A stretch of 63,571 nucleotides of DNA, filler included, from Reticulomyxa filosa (GCA_000512085.1; 15 parts of 15 records of this genome joined end to end with filler, not necessarily neighbours in it), one strand, 5' to 3'. Shown: positions 1-12,828, counted from the whole stretch's first letter. The notes: generated by a model not told the origin, from the letters alone. Translations and numbers: made by a program.

Positions 1-1880
1 TTTTTTTTTTCCAAATTTTTTTTTTTTATTCAAAGAACAAATAAATAAACAAACAAAAGACCGTTGATATCCGGCTGCAAAAGAAATCCTCCTCGTTGTG
101 GTTGTTTATTGGTGAGCAAGAAGATATAATGCAAACGCTTTGATTCATTGGAAATGATCATTTCGGCAGGGACCTTCATATCTTGTGTCGACAAAGATTT
201 GTAGGTGTTTTTGTTGAACTCACAGATAGTTTGTATTCGCAATGAGTAACCATTAGACGTTGGAGTCAATGGCACCCACACACTGTGACAAATTAGCAAT
301 TTTTCATAGGCTTTGAAATAGTTATCACTAAACTCAATTTCGTATCAACTTTCCAATGCCTTGATAGGGCGAACTCCAACACATATATTTCGATGACTTG
401 GAATTGTCGTTATAATAAAACAACCGGATTTGATTGGGCTGAGAAAGCTCAAATGTATCTCCTTGCGCAAGTGTTGGAGGCGTTTTAAATATCACTGGCC
501 AACTCTCTTCCGTTGTTTCATTGGTACTGCATTGTACTCCACTTATTGTCACCATATACTCTTCGTTCTCTTTCAATCCTATAATTTGACAACAGGATTC
601 ATTCTTCACTCGTGTGATCACTTCACCTTTGTGGTGGTTGTATTCACGAATGACATAGTCAATGGTCGTCTCGGTTGTCTTTTCATCAATTGGTGGAAAT
701 ACTGCAGGCATCCATCCCAAGTGGACCTCTGTTGGAAAAAACATAGTGACGTGAGGGAATAAGGGTCGCAATGGCAAGCGCTGAAGACCAAGAGTGTGCT
801 CAAAGTTTTTATGCGTTTTCGCACGTATTGTCGCTGTCCATGAGGACTCCAATTTCTTATCTATTTGTTGGAGATTGTTGATACTTGGCCACTCAAAACA
901 TGTTTGTACACATATTTCGTAAGACGTATCTTTCGATAATTCTTTTACAATAATGTAATTTTTGTTATTTTCTACTTTCAAATATTGCTTATTGTTTGCC
1001 ACTTTTTCTTTGTCGCTTTGTTTCAGATCCTCTACATTGTCACTAGATGACAAGGGACTTATCACACAGACACTAAACCACCACATTTTTTGTGAGGTCA
1101 TTTCGTACAATTGCAATTTCTCTTCATTGTACCTCTTCATATTGTTTTCAATGGCCTTTAATGAGTCATTCGTCATTTTCCAACAAAATATCAATTGTTC
1201 TGTCTCCACTCCAATCACTTTTGTTTCCACTGGTGTAAACTCCACTTTTTTAAAAATTATTTGTTATTTGTTATTCGAATTGTCGATTATTTTGATTACA
1301 TAAAAACTGACTCCAAATTTTTGTTATACGTACACATAGATGTATATATGTATTTATATTATTTGTCTTTTGTTAGCAATGTTTGCAAAAAAAAATAAAA
1401 ATTAATTGAGGGGAGGAAGACAGAGTTACCAATTTTTCGGACGAGCAATTTTTTGATGATCTTTGGAGTCGACTCATTTTCATCACTACTAGTTTCACTA
1501 TCGGATTCATCTAGAAACTCTTCTTGCAATGTACTATCATCTGATATTTGAACGTCTTTGCTCTCGCTGGCCAATATGATATAGGCTTTTTTGAAAGAAG
1601 CTAACTTCCATTTTATATTCACTGTATAGTTATCATCCATTATCCCTGGGAATTTAGTGCCAAATTGCACTTTTATTTGATTTACTACATCTTTGTATGT
1701 CACTTCTTTCAATGATCCCACGTTCAAATTTGTAAAGTGTATCATTTCATAATGACACTCAAATTTTGTTGTACAACTTCCATCATCCATATATATTTTT
1801 ATCATCAATCCTTTCTCTCTGTTTCTTTTTTTGTTTATTATATGAAGATATGTACATTCTTCTTTCATAAGTGACAACAA
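1..1880 (-). CDS. Multi-exon fibronectin type III repeat protein with a possible N-terminal PB1-like domain; 3' end runs off the window, start codon uncertain
   Basis: ORF 334..1245 has FN3 signatures (VKELSKDTSYEICVQ; HLGW...IIGLKENEEYMVTISG). Intron 1245..1429 (GTAAC...AAAAAG) joins it in frame to ORF 1359..1880. A third FN3-like unit continues into ORF 30..299 after a frame break near 345. Confidence 0.65.
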
Positions 1881-3350
1881 AGAATCAAGTTAAACCAGGT
1901 TATTCCTCTTGATTTTTTTCATCCATTCCAATGCATTTAATTGTATTTGGAGACAAAAAAAAAGGAATAGTTCTCCTTTTAAACTTTAGCTTGTATCACT
2001 AATTTAATATTTTTAAAGCATTGCTCGAATTCGCAGCCGAGCGAATTCAATAGAATTAGTTTCACTATTAACACTACATTTCAAAAAGATTTTGCGATAA
2101 GACAAAAGTTTTGTTATCTTTCGTTGGGCATCAAAAAATAATTAGTGTGCTTGATAGTTCAATCACAAACCAGTCAGATCAATGCAATATAACAAAATAC
2201 AAAAAAAATGTAAAAAAGATATACACAGAAAATATTCTATTAAGTGAATGTGACAGAAATATTACGCGTGTGTGAAGCATACATATGATGCATTATTTAA
2301 TCAAAAACATTAAAAATATCTCACGCTTCAAAAGCTTTGTTTTGGTTATCAAATATATAAACACTACAATCACCATTATTATAATTTTAAGTATTAAATT
2401 TTACACCTTGCACACTAGAATGCCACTTGGATCATTGATTTGTTCATTTGTATCTACATCTATTTTATGATTAGTATCACATAAAAGGCTTAACGCTAGT
2501 TTACAATGTCTTTGAATCTCACTTCAATTTAAAATTATTTTTGATTTTTATAATCAATAAATAATTCCCTTTGATTTGTATTGAATGTCATATTTATTAC
2601 ATAAAATGGCAATACTCCTTTTTTATTCATTCGAATAGATTGTTGTAAAAGAGGACCAAGATTAAGCTGTAGTGTTATCACTCCTTCAAAGAAGGAAAAT
2701 CCGAATTAAGAAGATTAGTAATAAAGAGAGCAATGGCTTAACGGATATCATTTAGAAATGATTAATTAGTCGTGTTCTTTTGGCTGTGCAGAGTAGGATC
2801 ATTTGCACATGAGTGTTGCAATGAAGAAAAAATCTTATTAACTCTTTTTCTTGTTTTGTTTTGATTGCACTTTTGTTTATTTTGATGAGTAGCATTTGAT
2901 TTTTAGTTGCTATTATCTCATTTGTTGGTAATGGCGTATTATTTGACGCCGCCAAAAGTTGTAAGAACGCAAACACTGCTACTGTCTGCAGACAAAGGCC
3001 TTCGCTATAATACTATTGAGTATATGAGATTTGCAAAATACTTAATTTGTGAGGACATTTTTGTCGTCCTGCCTCAATTTTAACAGGAGTGAATATCTTT
3101 TTATTTGGTAAAAAATTAAATCCTTTCAAGTTTTGTGGTGGCAATGAAGTTTACAAAAGTTGAACTGAACGCTTTCTTTTTTTTTTCCCGAAACCGTTAG
3201 TTCGTCGTTCGTTTCCAGTGTGGTGGTGGAGAGATCAATATCGAGATCCGCGTTTATCTCGTCCGAGCCAAGTTAAATAAACACTTTTTTTAATAATTTT
3301 GACACTTGAAAGTTTGGAGTTGTGAAACACAGTCAAAAATAAAAATAAGT

Positions 3351-3450
3351 GTCGACTCGTTTGTGGTGGCAGCTGTCGAGTCGTGATCGTGGTGGCAGTT
3401 GTCGATTCGTTTGTGGTGGTAGTTGTCGAGTCGTGACCGTGGTGGCGCTT
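3351..3450. repeat. GC-rich minisatellite of alternating 24- and 26-nt units (50-nt dimer, two copies)
   Basis: gtcgactcgtttgtggtggcagct / gtcgagtcgtgatcgtggtggcagtt / gtcgattcgtttgtggtggtagtt / gtcgagtcgtgaccgtggtggcgctt. Confidence 0.85.
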
Positions 3451-3518
3451 GCGATTGTGGCAAGTATCAAGATTGTGATCAATACCAAGATTTGAGGTCC
3501 GGATCATTTGTTGCAGAT

Positions 3519-3618
3519 NNNNNNNNNNNNNNNNNNNNNNNNNNNNNNNNNNNNNNNNNNNNTTAATTAATTAANNNNNNNNNNNNNNNNNNNNNNNNNN
3601 NNNNNNNNNNNNNNNNNN
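3519..3618. other. Artificial contig linker N44-TTAATTAATTAA-N44 (first of 14)
   Basis: Identical 100-nt spacer with stops in all six frames, starting at 3519, 6036, 7408, 10491, 11874, 34141, 40752, 42271, 45782, 55173, 57667, 59031, 61006 and 62108. Confidence 0.98.
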
Positions 3619-4097
3619 TTTTTTTTTTTTTTTTTTACCCCTTTTTTTTTTTTTTTTTTTTTAACCCATTGTTGCAAGTTAGTGATTCCGAAGGAGTGTA
3701 CATGCGATTGCTGAGGTGGGACATACTCATTCGGCTTCAAAATGGAATCAAAGTAACGATTGAATACTTGTGAAAGATAGTTGTTGGGCTGGCTTGCAAA
3801 AAAAAAGATTAGTGATACCAATGGCGAAAATGGCAACAATACACATAGTAATAACACCTTACATAACACCGTTGTTTGAGGACTTGTAAAACGTAAGATA
3901 AATGCGATACAAATTGATACTTGTGCCATCAACAAAAATATCAATGATATTATGAAAAATGTATGCTTTTTAGTTATATAGTACTGGTGCAATATTAATG
4001 CATCTGTCACAATGTCCGCAAACGATATCGAAATATTCAAAAAATCATAAAAACAACTGCAACGGTGAAAGAATCGTGAAGCTTCAGAAGGACTCAT
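3619..4097 (-). CDS. 5' part of a multi-pass membrane protein, XK-related-like N-terminus; truncated by contig end
   Basis: ATG at 4097; 'FADIVTDALILHQYY...FFIISLIFLL' resembles the first helices of XK-family proteins; about three hydrophobic segments. Confidence 0.55.
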
Positions 4098-4523
4098 CTA
4101 TTGTTTAGTTTTATTTTGGTTTAGTTGGTTAGTTCTTTTTTAGCAAAAAAAAAAAAACAAAAGCATTATCAATACATTTCCTTACCTTTTTCCCCTTTCT
4201 TCCCTAAAACTAAAGAGACTTCGAAATTTTCCCCTTGCAGCTTGCTTAAGACCCCTTTCTTTTTTTCAATCTGTTTTAGTTCGGTTATGTGCACTTGATG
4301 TTGCAATACTAATATTATGATTTTGCAGTAAAAATCCAAAAAGGGGAAACCTTTCTTTTTAAATTGCTAAAAAACAAGTCTTTGCACAAAAAAATTTGAA
4401 ACTATCTTATTCCTGTTTTAAAACATTCTATTTTCCGTTTTTTTAGAAGATTGAGGAAAAAAATTGGGTGACCAAAAGAGGAGCGAACCCGAAAAAGACC
4501 TAAAAAAAACTTAATGAATAAAG

Positions 4524-5105
4524 ATGACAGATAGTACCTTTTGGAGAAAGTTGTGTGGACTTCGTGTTCATGACTATGAGTTACTGAGAATAAGTAATCC
4601 GACAGCAGAGCTGCGTATTCATACGTTATTTAAGTGCACAGAGTTTGGTACACTGGTGGGTCTCGTTACGGGTCACGTTTTTTCAATTGTGAAAAGAAAC
4701 AAATCTGAAAAGGGAATATTCAAAAGATTAAGACAACCAAAAACAGTGCGATTTGCTACCAAATGTGGATTAGTGGGAATGTGTAGTGGTATTGTATTGT
4801 CACAGCCATTTTATGAATATTGTATTCATTTCAGAAAACCAGGAGGTTTTACTCAAGGAGAAATATATGATCAAGCATTTCAATTGAGACACAATTCATA
4901 CGAACTTTCTATGCACAGAGCCACTATCATTGGTCTTGTTCTTGGAGTGGCCATGAATCGCCGTAAAATCTTATTCGGTCTGCCATGGGGTGTGGCAGGA
5001 TCTTTGTTAATAGTAATAGCTTTCCATCGATATAACATCATTCGACAAAAGCTTGCTTATTTACAAAATAATAATCAAAATACTTCACAACAACTTGCAT
5101 CTTAA
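4524..5105 (+). CDS. Single-exon 193-aa membrane protein, DUF1757-like
   Basis: 'FWRKLCGL..ELLRISNPTAELRIHTLFKCTEFGTLVG' and 'EIYDQAFQLRHNSYELSMHR' match my recollection of DUF1757 (IPNPxxELxIH; YDRCYRLRFN); Gly-rich hydrophobic segments. Confidence 0.65.
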   Translation: MTDSTFWRKLCGLRVHDYELLRISNPTAELRIHTLFKCTEFGTLVGLVTGHVFSIVKRNKSEKGIFKRLRQPKTVRFATKCGLVGMCSGIVLSQPFYEYCIHFRKPGGFTQGEIYDQAFQLRHNSYELSMHRATIIGLVLGVAMNRRKILFGLPWGVAGSLLIVIAFHRYNIIRQKLAYLQNNNQNTSQQLAS

Positions 5106-5870
5106 GGCAAAATCCACTTATGTTTTTAATTCATTTTGTTGTTTTTGTTAAAAAAAAGTAATCATCTGCTAGATCTCTTATTATTTTCATTTAATTTTAA
5201 TCAATTATTGTCTTTATTGCATGTTCTCTATTTCTAATCACTTTACAAGTTCAAACAGTGATGATCAAAGTATGTATTTGTGTTAATTCTACTATACAAG
5301 AATATTCTCAAAATATTAAAGTAATGATCGGATTTTATATTAAAATAGTTAGTCAGCTTTGACTAAACAAGTCAAGTTTCAAATTTGAAAAAAAACTATG
5401 CCTCAATTACCCGCGAACACAAAAGAAAACAGGGACAACAAATGGCAAGATCAACATGTTGTTTATATGTATTGGAGGGGCAAACGCTCTTATGGGGAAG
5501 AGATGCAAGAGGAAGGAGATCGCAAAGTCCTCCGCAAAGCGTTTTTCACGCTATACGCTCAACTGTCGATATGTTGCAAGCCAACCAGAGACAAAATGAG
5601 TGTAACTGGAAAACGAGTTGTGTCGAGGGGGACAAAAAAAAGCAAATGATAAGTAAAGACAAAGCAAACAGTATCAAAAATCATTATGCCTTCACAATGT
5701 ACAAACTTTGAAAATAACATTAAATTATGCAAAAAATTGAGTTTTCTCAAAAACTATGCAACGTAGAAAGACTAGTCTTTTTTTTACAAATATCTACGCA
5801 TTGAGGACTTTCTGAAAATGCTTAAAAAAAGTTGGCAAGTTTCATGGTTACGGAGTAGGAGCGATTGTCA

Positions 5871-6035
5871 ACTTTTTCTCGAAAATTTTCAAAAATGAAT
5901 AAAATATTCAAATGTTTTAAACAATTAGGAAAGATGTAATAAAAAACTAAACTCAAAATAATATTTAAAAATTACACGATTTGTAGATATTTTTTTAAAA
6001 TAACAAAAAATTGAGTCTGAATGTTGTTTTTTAAT
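5871..6035 (+). repeat. Dispersed AT-rich repeat family A, copy 1
   Basis: ttttctcgaaaattttcaaaaat(g/c)aataaaatattcaaat...aaacaattag and gtctgaatgttgttttt are shared with 56476..56670; gatttgtagatattttttt is shared with 34365..34500. Confidence 0.8.
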
Positions 6036-6135
6036 NNNNNNNNNNNNNNNNNNNNNNNNNNNNNNNNNNNNNNNNNNNNTTAATTAATTAANNNNNNNNN
6101 NNNNNNNNNNNNNNNNNNNNNNNNNNNNNNNNNNN

Positions 6136-6537
6136 TATGATGAAAATTTCACACAAAATACATTAGATGAATGTCCATTAAATGATTGAATTTGTTTGTT
6201 GTTATCAACATCCCATACACGAACTGTTTCATCAGATGATCCAGAACAAATGAATTGACAATAGCCGAATGTTGAATAATCAATACTCCGCACCCAATCA
6301 GTATGTCCAGTGAATGTATTGGTTAATTTGGATGATGAACGAAATGTGTCAAACCTGAATACAGTAGACACCTATGTTAAGTAATATTGTAATATTTAAT
6401 TGTCATTTAAAAAAAGAAAGAACAAATAAACTAACATATTTGACAACGACTTTGTCAAAATCTTTGATCCATCCTAATTTAATCTTTAATTTTCGTATCC
6501 AATGATGAATAATGATTTGGATCTCTTCTTCTTTTGA
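6136..6537 (-). CDS. WD40-repeat family member, 5' fragment; first exon not recognisable, 3' truncated
   Basis: Exon 6436..6537 (SKEEEIQIIIHHWIRKLKIKLGWIKDFDKVVVKY), intron 6372..6435, then TFTGHTDWVRSIDYS...SGSSDETVRVWD. Confidence 0.85.
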
Positions 6538-7507
6538 CTGTTTCAATCATAAAGCAAAATGAGAAAAACAATAATAACAAAAACCCAAAAAAACAACTTA
6601 AACGAAACTTTCATTACTAAGCTAAAGGTTTTTTTTTTCTTTGAGATGATCTTTGACGATGCAAAGGCGATGAAAAAGATGCTTTTCAACTTTATTTTTT
6701 AAGCTCACGAAGGGTCGACAAAAAATTGAAATGAATTTGTTTTATTTAATAAATATAAACTTTGTAATGAGAATGTTTTACAAGCAAAAGTTTGTGTCTT
6801 ATTGAACTTATAATGACGTCCATTATTTATACATACATACAAATGTTTTTTTTTTCCTATTGGAAGAAATCTTTTTGTCATTGGAAACAATTAACAAATC
6901 TCTAAAACTGTGCAAAGAGAATATGAGTAAAATGAAGGACTTGTCGAAACTGGAATAACTTCTAATTTTTTAGTATTTTTGCTTCTTTACTAATAAAGAA
7001 GGTTTTGTTTCTCCATTAAAAAAAACTTGCAAAAATTTTTTTGGAGTAGACAAGAATTTTTTGTTTTAATTTCTAATTTACTCAAAATTATAGTAAATGT
7101 GTAATTTGAATGAACAAGAATACAATTAAATATTAAGTATTATTTTTTTGAAAACAACTACAACCAATAGTTTACGAATCATTTCCAGACTGAATCATTC
7201 AATTTAGAGTCATTCTTTGTTCAATGTTTTTTCATTGGTTTTTTTATTTTTTTTATGACAAAGAGCTCTCTTTAAAATTACTTTTTTTACAAATATGCAA
7301 TTAGCACATAAATACGTACAAGAAAAAGGTAGTAATAATTTTGTCGCAATTTGGTGACAATAAAAGAAAATAAAATGGATAATTTTCCATTGTTCATCCA
7401 ATCTCTCNNNNNNNNNNNNNNNNNNNNNNNNNNNNNNNNNNNNNNNNNNNNTTAATTAATTAANNNNNNNNNNNNNNNNNNNNNNNNNNNNNNNNNNNNN
7501 NNNNNNN

Positions 7508-8230
7508 TTGTCGTTTTTGTTTTTACAGCAGCTGAGATACGCAAAGTTCACAGGCGGTGTAGGTGGTGGAATCGGCAAATGAAGAAGAACAAAAACAATA
7601 TCCAGAAAATTAACGTAGTACCGATACGGAAGACACATGAAGGAGTTAGATTGTAAAACAATCCCAGTCCATCTATAATATTGGGGATACAATGTTCAAT
7701 CAGCCAAACACAAATCGTGAATCTTTTCCAGTGCAGTATGTAAATCAAGAAATAATGACCATCATTTCCACAATGTTTCTCGTTCTTGCAGTAATAAATA
7801 GTGGATGACAATTTGCGTTCCGACGGACGATTCCATTTGCAAAATAGCCACCGTAAATGCGAACACTATATATCATTCTATGTCGAAGCAATGTTCCCCA
7901 TCCGTACTCGAGATAAAGCTGCATTTCAACACATTCAACAATGACAAAATTATTGTATTGAATGCGAATAGAAACAATGACACAAAGACTACCTTCTAAT
8001 CGATTTCAATCCATTTCCTTGCAATTGTCGCCATTGAGCACTTGAGATGACGTCAATGTCGTGGCCTTGCCTTGGAATCAATGTTGTATCAACACATCTT
8101 CTATTTCTTCTTTGCTGATTGCATTGGCTACCAAAGACGCTTTCGGTCGCATCATCGATGTTGGTCTTTATTGTAAAGCCTGCTATTGTCGCAGCAGCAG
8201 AAGCAAAGCAAATACACATACGACGACCTT
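7508..8230 (-). pseudogene. Decayed coding-like remnant, possibly a membrane protein
   Basis: Higher GC and protein-like stretches (LYPQYYRWTGIVLQSNSFMCLPYRYYVNFLDIVF) broken by stops in every frame; family not assignable. Confidence 0.25.
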
Positions 8231-8334
8231 CACAAATTATGACAGTCCCATCGTCAAATCATCAAAATCAGAATGATATTTTGTGGTTTAAAAAAAAAAA
8301 TCCAAACGAAAAATAAAAATACATTGACGAACAA

Positions 8335-9315
8335 ATAGAATTCAAATAATCACATTTGGAAAATTATTGATACTTGGTTTGATAATATTTAATCATCGCA
8401 TCCAATTGAGTTGAGATAATAATAGTAATATCAATTTTGATAGTTTAAGTGAATTAATCAGATATTTGGATAAACAAGCCATTGAATGAAGATTTCCAAC
8501 TCATCAATCAAAATCTGATGACAATAATCATAATGATATTCTATATCCTTATTTAAGTAATGAAATTGCAGAATTTCTAGTAACGAGGATATCATTTATA
8601 AAGAATGTTACACTATTGTCCATGAATGCAAAAGTTCTGTATTTAATAAAACTAATTATAATGCAGTTATCAATGAAGGATGACAATGAAAGCATGACGA
8701 GTGGAAGTGTGCACAAAGTGAAAGGTGGAAATGCAGTAAATGTTCAAATGCAAAAATACAAATTCCTGGTCACTCTCAATTGACATTCCTTCAAAACAAT
8801 TGAAAGTAGAATATGAAGAATTGCACAATTGGATGACAATGGTACAAGCTCTTGTTGCAAAAGCAAAAATTGATGCTATTCAAAATGAAGCATTTTATAG
8901 TCGTGATGAACCAGCCAATCAAATTTATTTTCAGTTGAATCTTAATTTAACTTAGCGAGCTCAATTTCGCCAATTTTGTCAATATAAATTGTCCAAACTT
9001 ATTCAAAGCACCAAAGACATTGATCGAAAATATGTTCGATTTTATTTTGATACTTGTGTGTTTGACCATCAATTGATTCGTTCTTTTTCCTGTTCATATC
9101 TAAATTATCTTTTGTTGCTGTCGATGAATTTTTCCCAATCAATTTTGCATGAGGTCTTTTTTGTCCCTATTTTTATTTTTTTTTTAAGAAGAAAGTTGAA
9201 TGCATTAAATGTAAATATCAATAAAAAAGAACTTTATGCTTCTTCGACCAACAAATGGGACCACAATGTATTCAAGGTTTCTTTTTCGGCCAAAAAAAAC
9301 AATTCTTTTGATTGA
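8335..9315 (+). mobile_element. Possible highly degenerate non-LTR retrotransposon 3' remnant
   Basis: Stop-interrupted 'HIWKIIDTWFDNI*SSHPIEL' and 'MTSGSVHKVKGGNA' (TDGS-like) occur in the order expected for post-RT then RNase H. Weak. Confidence 0.2.
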
Positions 9316-11437
9316 ACAGGTTTACTGGAAACCGAAATTTAATTTACTTTTTGCCTCGTGAAGTGGCACCGAAACTTAGGTCTTCTCGTGTTATTTGTAC
9401 TTTCAAGGCTTTGTTAGCTTTTTTGTCATATATTCTCTATTCCTGTCTTTTTTACATTTTTTTTCAGGAGGAAACCGGGTTATAAGGCAAAAATGTAGAA
9501 TTTCACAGTTTACGATTTTTTGTGTTGAAATTATGCAATTTTATCTTTTTTTCACATTGCAAGATGTATTTTTTCATAATTGCAGCATTTAGTCTTGTTG
9601 ATTAGCATCCTCTTCCTTATTTGAAAAAGACTTTGCTGCCAAAAAAGTCGAATTATATTTAATGATTAAAACTTGAGCTTTTTTTAATAAAGTATTAATA
9701 ATGACAAACATCATGATTTTTATTTAAAAAACTCTAGTTTTGAAAAAAAGAAACTCGATTATTATTTTAAAAGCTCCATTTGAGATTTCTTAGATTGTTG
9801 AAGAAAAGAGATGACCATGTCCTTTATCCACAGAAAAAACACGATCCCATCAAAATTTGGAACTAGTGATTTTTTTACGAGTTCAACACAAAAAATTAGT
9901 CGACGAAGTGATTGTATCAGCATCCGTTGTAACGTTTACAAAAGTGCACTGCCTATACTGTGCTCAATGAAAAGTTTATTACAAACAGAAACAGAAAAGG
10001 CAGATCTTCGAATTTTTGAATTGTGCACTATTTGAAAGATTTAACATGATAACGAACTATTCCATAAGTGTCCATTAGCAAGTCTTCCATGGGGGATGCA
10101 ACGACGCATATAAACTTAATGACAATAATAAGTTGACAGGACTGATTGACCAGTTGAGATTTTATTTTTTGTTGGAAAGATAGCCTATAAATGTGGATCT
10201 TTTATTGGCATGTTTTAAAAAAATAGAGCAAAAAAAGACTTTATTGCAAAAAGCAAGACCGATAGCAGATTTGTCTTGGAAAACAAAAAATAAATTATCA
10301 GATCAATAATGTGAGATTTGATATCTTTTGTTATTTGGATTTTTTGGTCTGGCAATTTTTTTTGCTGGTAATCATTACGACCTTTATTATCATTGATCTT
10401 AACTGCTTCTTATTTTTGCGGCTTGTAGCTTAAAAAAATTAAGCTAACGAGGCAATTTAATAGAGTCGAGCAATCTTGTTTGTTTTTTTTNNNNNNNNNN
10501 NNNNNNNNNNNNNNNNNNNNNNNNNNNNNNNNNNTTAATTAATTAANNNNNNNNNNNNNNNNNNNNNNNNNNNNNNNNNNNNNNNNNNNNACAAAAATAT
10601 ACATTTCATTGATCAACAGTTTCATCTTTTCAAAAATAACACAACATTGAAACATTTTTGACTGCTAGTTTACATAGACTAACAAAATTTCACTATAAAA
10701 TTCATAATTGTTATTTGTATTGATTATATACTAATGGCTAAACTAATTGATATGCATTTGTTCCTACATCCAATACATGAATAATTATTTTATCAACAAA
10801 ATAATTAATTAAACTGTTGGATGTTTCCAACCATTTGAAGTGTAAGCAAAAACACATACAAACAATGCCAATTCAAAAAAAAAGTCCCAAATAACCCATT
10901 TATTTATTTTTTTTAAAAAAAAATTTTTACAGACTTCCTTTGCTGAAAGTAATGTCATAATCTGTGGTGTCTTGACTTTCCACACAATACCATTCACTAC
11001 TTTTGTTTGTACGAACCTCTGTCCTGATATCTTGCAACATTTGTTTGAATGGATAATAATTTTTATATTTCCATTTCCTAAATTTGATACAAACACACGC
11101 AAAGTTTATAAAAGTTGTGTTAAATTACACTTTTCGTTTCAACATCAAAGTTTCTTTTTTGTTTTCAAACATTCTTCAAAAACTACAAAACACTATTTTC
11201 AAAGTGTTTGTTGAAAATCTTTTTAAAAAAACTTGTGATATACTTGTATACTCAGTTTTGTACAAATTTTTAAAAATTTCTTGTCTTTATCGAAAATACA
11301 ATTACATGTATTGTCAAAATCCTATTTCACATTGCCAAAATATATTTTTGTAAACCCCTTTCATTACCCTTGAGAAAAATAAAGTTCAATATCTTCCATT
11401 TTACATCATCAAAAACGATCTCAAACAAAAAAACAAA

Positions 11438-11873
11438 ATGACAACTCTTAGCAATGAGAAGCAAATTTCAACACAAATAGTGTTGGTAAGCTTTATTACG
11501 AGCTTTTAGAAAGTTTGTTTTTTTATTGTTTTATTTATCGTATGTAATTTGTGATTCAACAGTCTGAAGAAAAAAAGATTCAAGTAATTATGCAACATTG
11601 GATTCGAATATTGCAAATCAAATTTGGATGGATTCATGAACTTGACAAACTCGTTGTCAATTATGTTAGTTCATCTATTTTCTTTTTAAATACTAAACAA
11701 AATATTCAAATGTTTATTTAACATAGATATATACTGTCTTCATGTTTGACATATTTCGATCATCGTCCAAATTAATCAATACATTCACTGGACATACAGA
11801 CGTTGTGCGTAGTATTGATTATTCAACATTTGATGATTGTCAATTCATTTGTTCTGGATCATATGATAAAACA
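11438..11873 (+). CDS. WD40-repeat family member, 5' fragment, absent from the ORF track; truncated at contig end
   Basis: Exons 11438..11485 (MTTLSNEKQISTQIVL), 11563..11664 (SEEKKIQVIMQHWIRILQIKFGWIHELDKLVVNY) and 11727..11873 (IYTVFMFDIFRSSSKLINTFTGHTDVVRSIDYSTFDDCQFICSGSYDKT); GT-AG phase-0 introns. Confidence 0.9.
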
Positions 11874-12828
11874 NNNNNNNNNNNNNNNNNNNNNNNNNNN
11901 NNNNNNNNNNNNNNNNNTTAATTAATTAANNNNNNNNNNNNNNNNNNNNNNNNNNNNNNNNNNNNNNNNNNNNAAAAAAATTGAATGTATAACCTTTCAA
12001 ATAAATGCAAGATATAAAATAGTATAACATAGAGGAAAGATAGTCTGTGATTTGTTTATGTGTTTACAAAATTATTTTTACTTTATTTCTTTTTAATAAA
12101 GATATACAAGTCAAATATTAAAAAAGCCCCCTTTTTTTTTTGGATGTCTGTTTTTTTTTGCAAACTACTGTCTCCGTTTTTTTTTAATATTCTTGTTAAA
12201 ATATTCAATAATTGTTTCCAGTTCTCTTTGCTGCGTTCCTACATCAAAATGAACAAAAAATTTCTCCAATTTATTGACAAAGAATGTGCTTAATGTTCTT
12301 GGCCAGTTGATCTGACCCAGTCAACAAGCATTTTCCACTTACTGGCGTAATTACCAAATTTGGTAAATTTGTACAGTAATATTGTTGTCAATTTTTAATG
12401 CATTCTTTAAATTTACTTCTTCTTTTATTTCTTCTTCCTGATTATCTTCATTTTCATCATTGCTTTCTCGATAGCGATTATTGTTAATGTTGTTTTGGTC
12501 TTCATATCTAGTATTGACTCTTGCTTGCATATCAGAACAATTCAATTCGACTTCGTCTTCTACTGTTTCCGACAGCTTTCGTTTCTTTCTTGCAACAGCA
12601 TATAACGAGCTTATAAATTGTTGCAGTCATTATTGCTTCATTGTGGTAGCGTCAGCATCTATTTTTGGTAATCTTGCAATGACCTCCAATATGGTTTCTA
12701 ATATCTTCCAAAATAATTTATCAAATATCTATTCCATTCCAGCAAAAATCTTTGTTTTTCTGAGAATTTTCCAGACAAGATTTCTTCGGTTGTTTTGATC
12801 ACCCAAACTCAAAATGATCTTGATCTCC

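Noticed and set aside
5385-5711. Two overlapping short ORFs as real genes
   Set aside because: No recognisable motif or splice structure; adjacent to repeat A and probably repeat-derived.
10591-11350. Short ORFs upstream of the WD40 fragment (also 43140..43767)
   Set aside because: Possibly decayed members of lineage-specific families, but no family or intact structure can be supported from the sequence alone.
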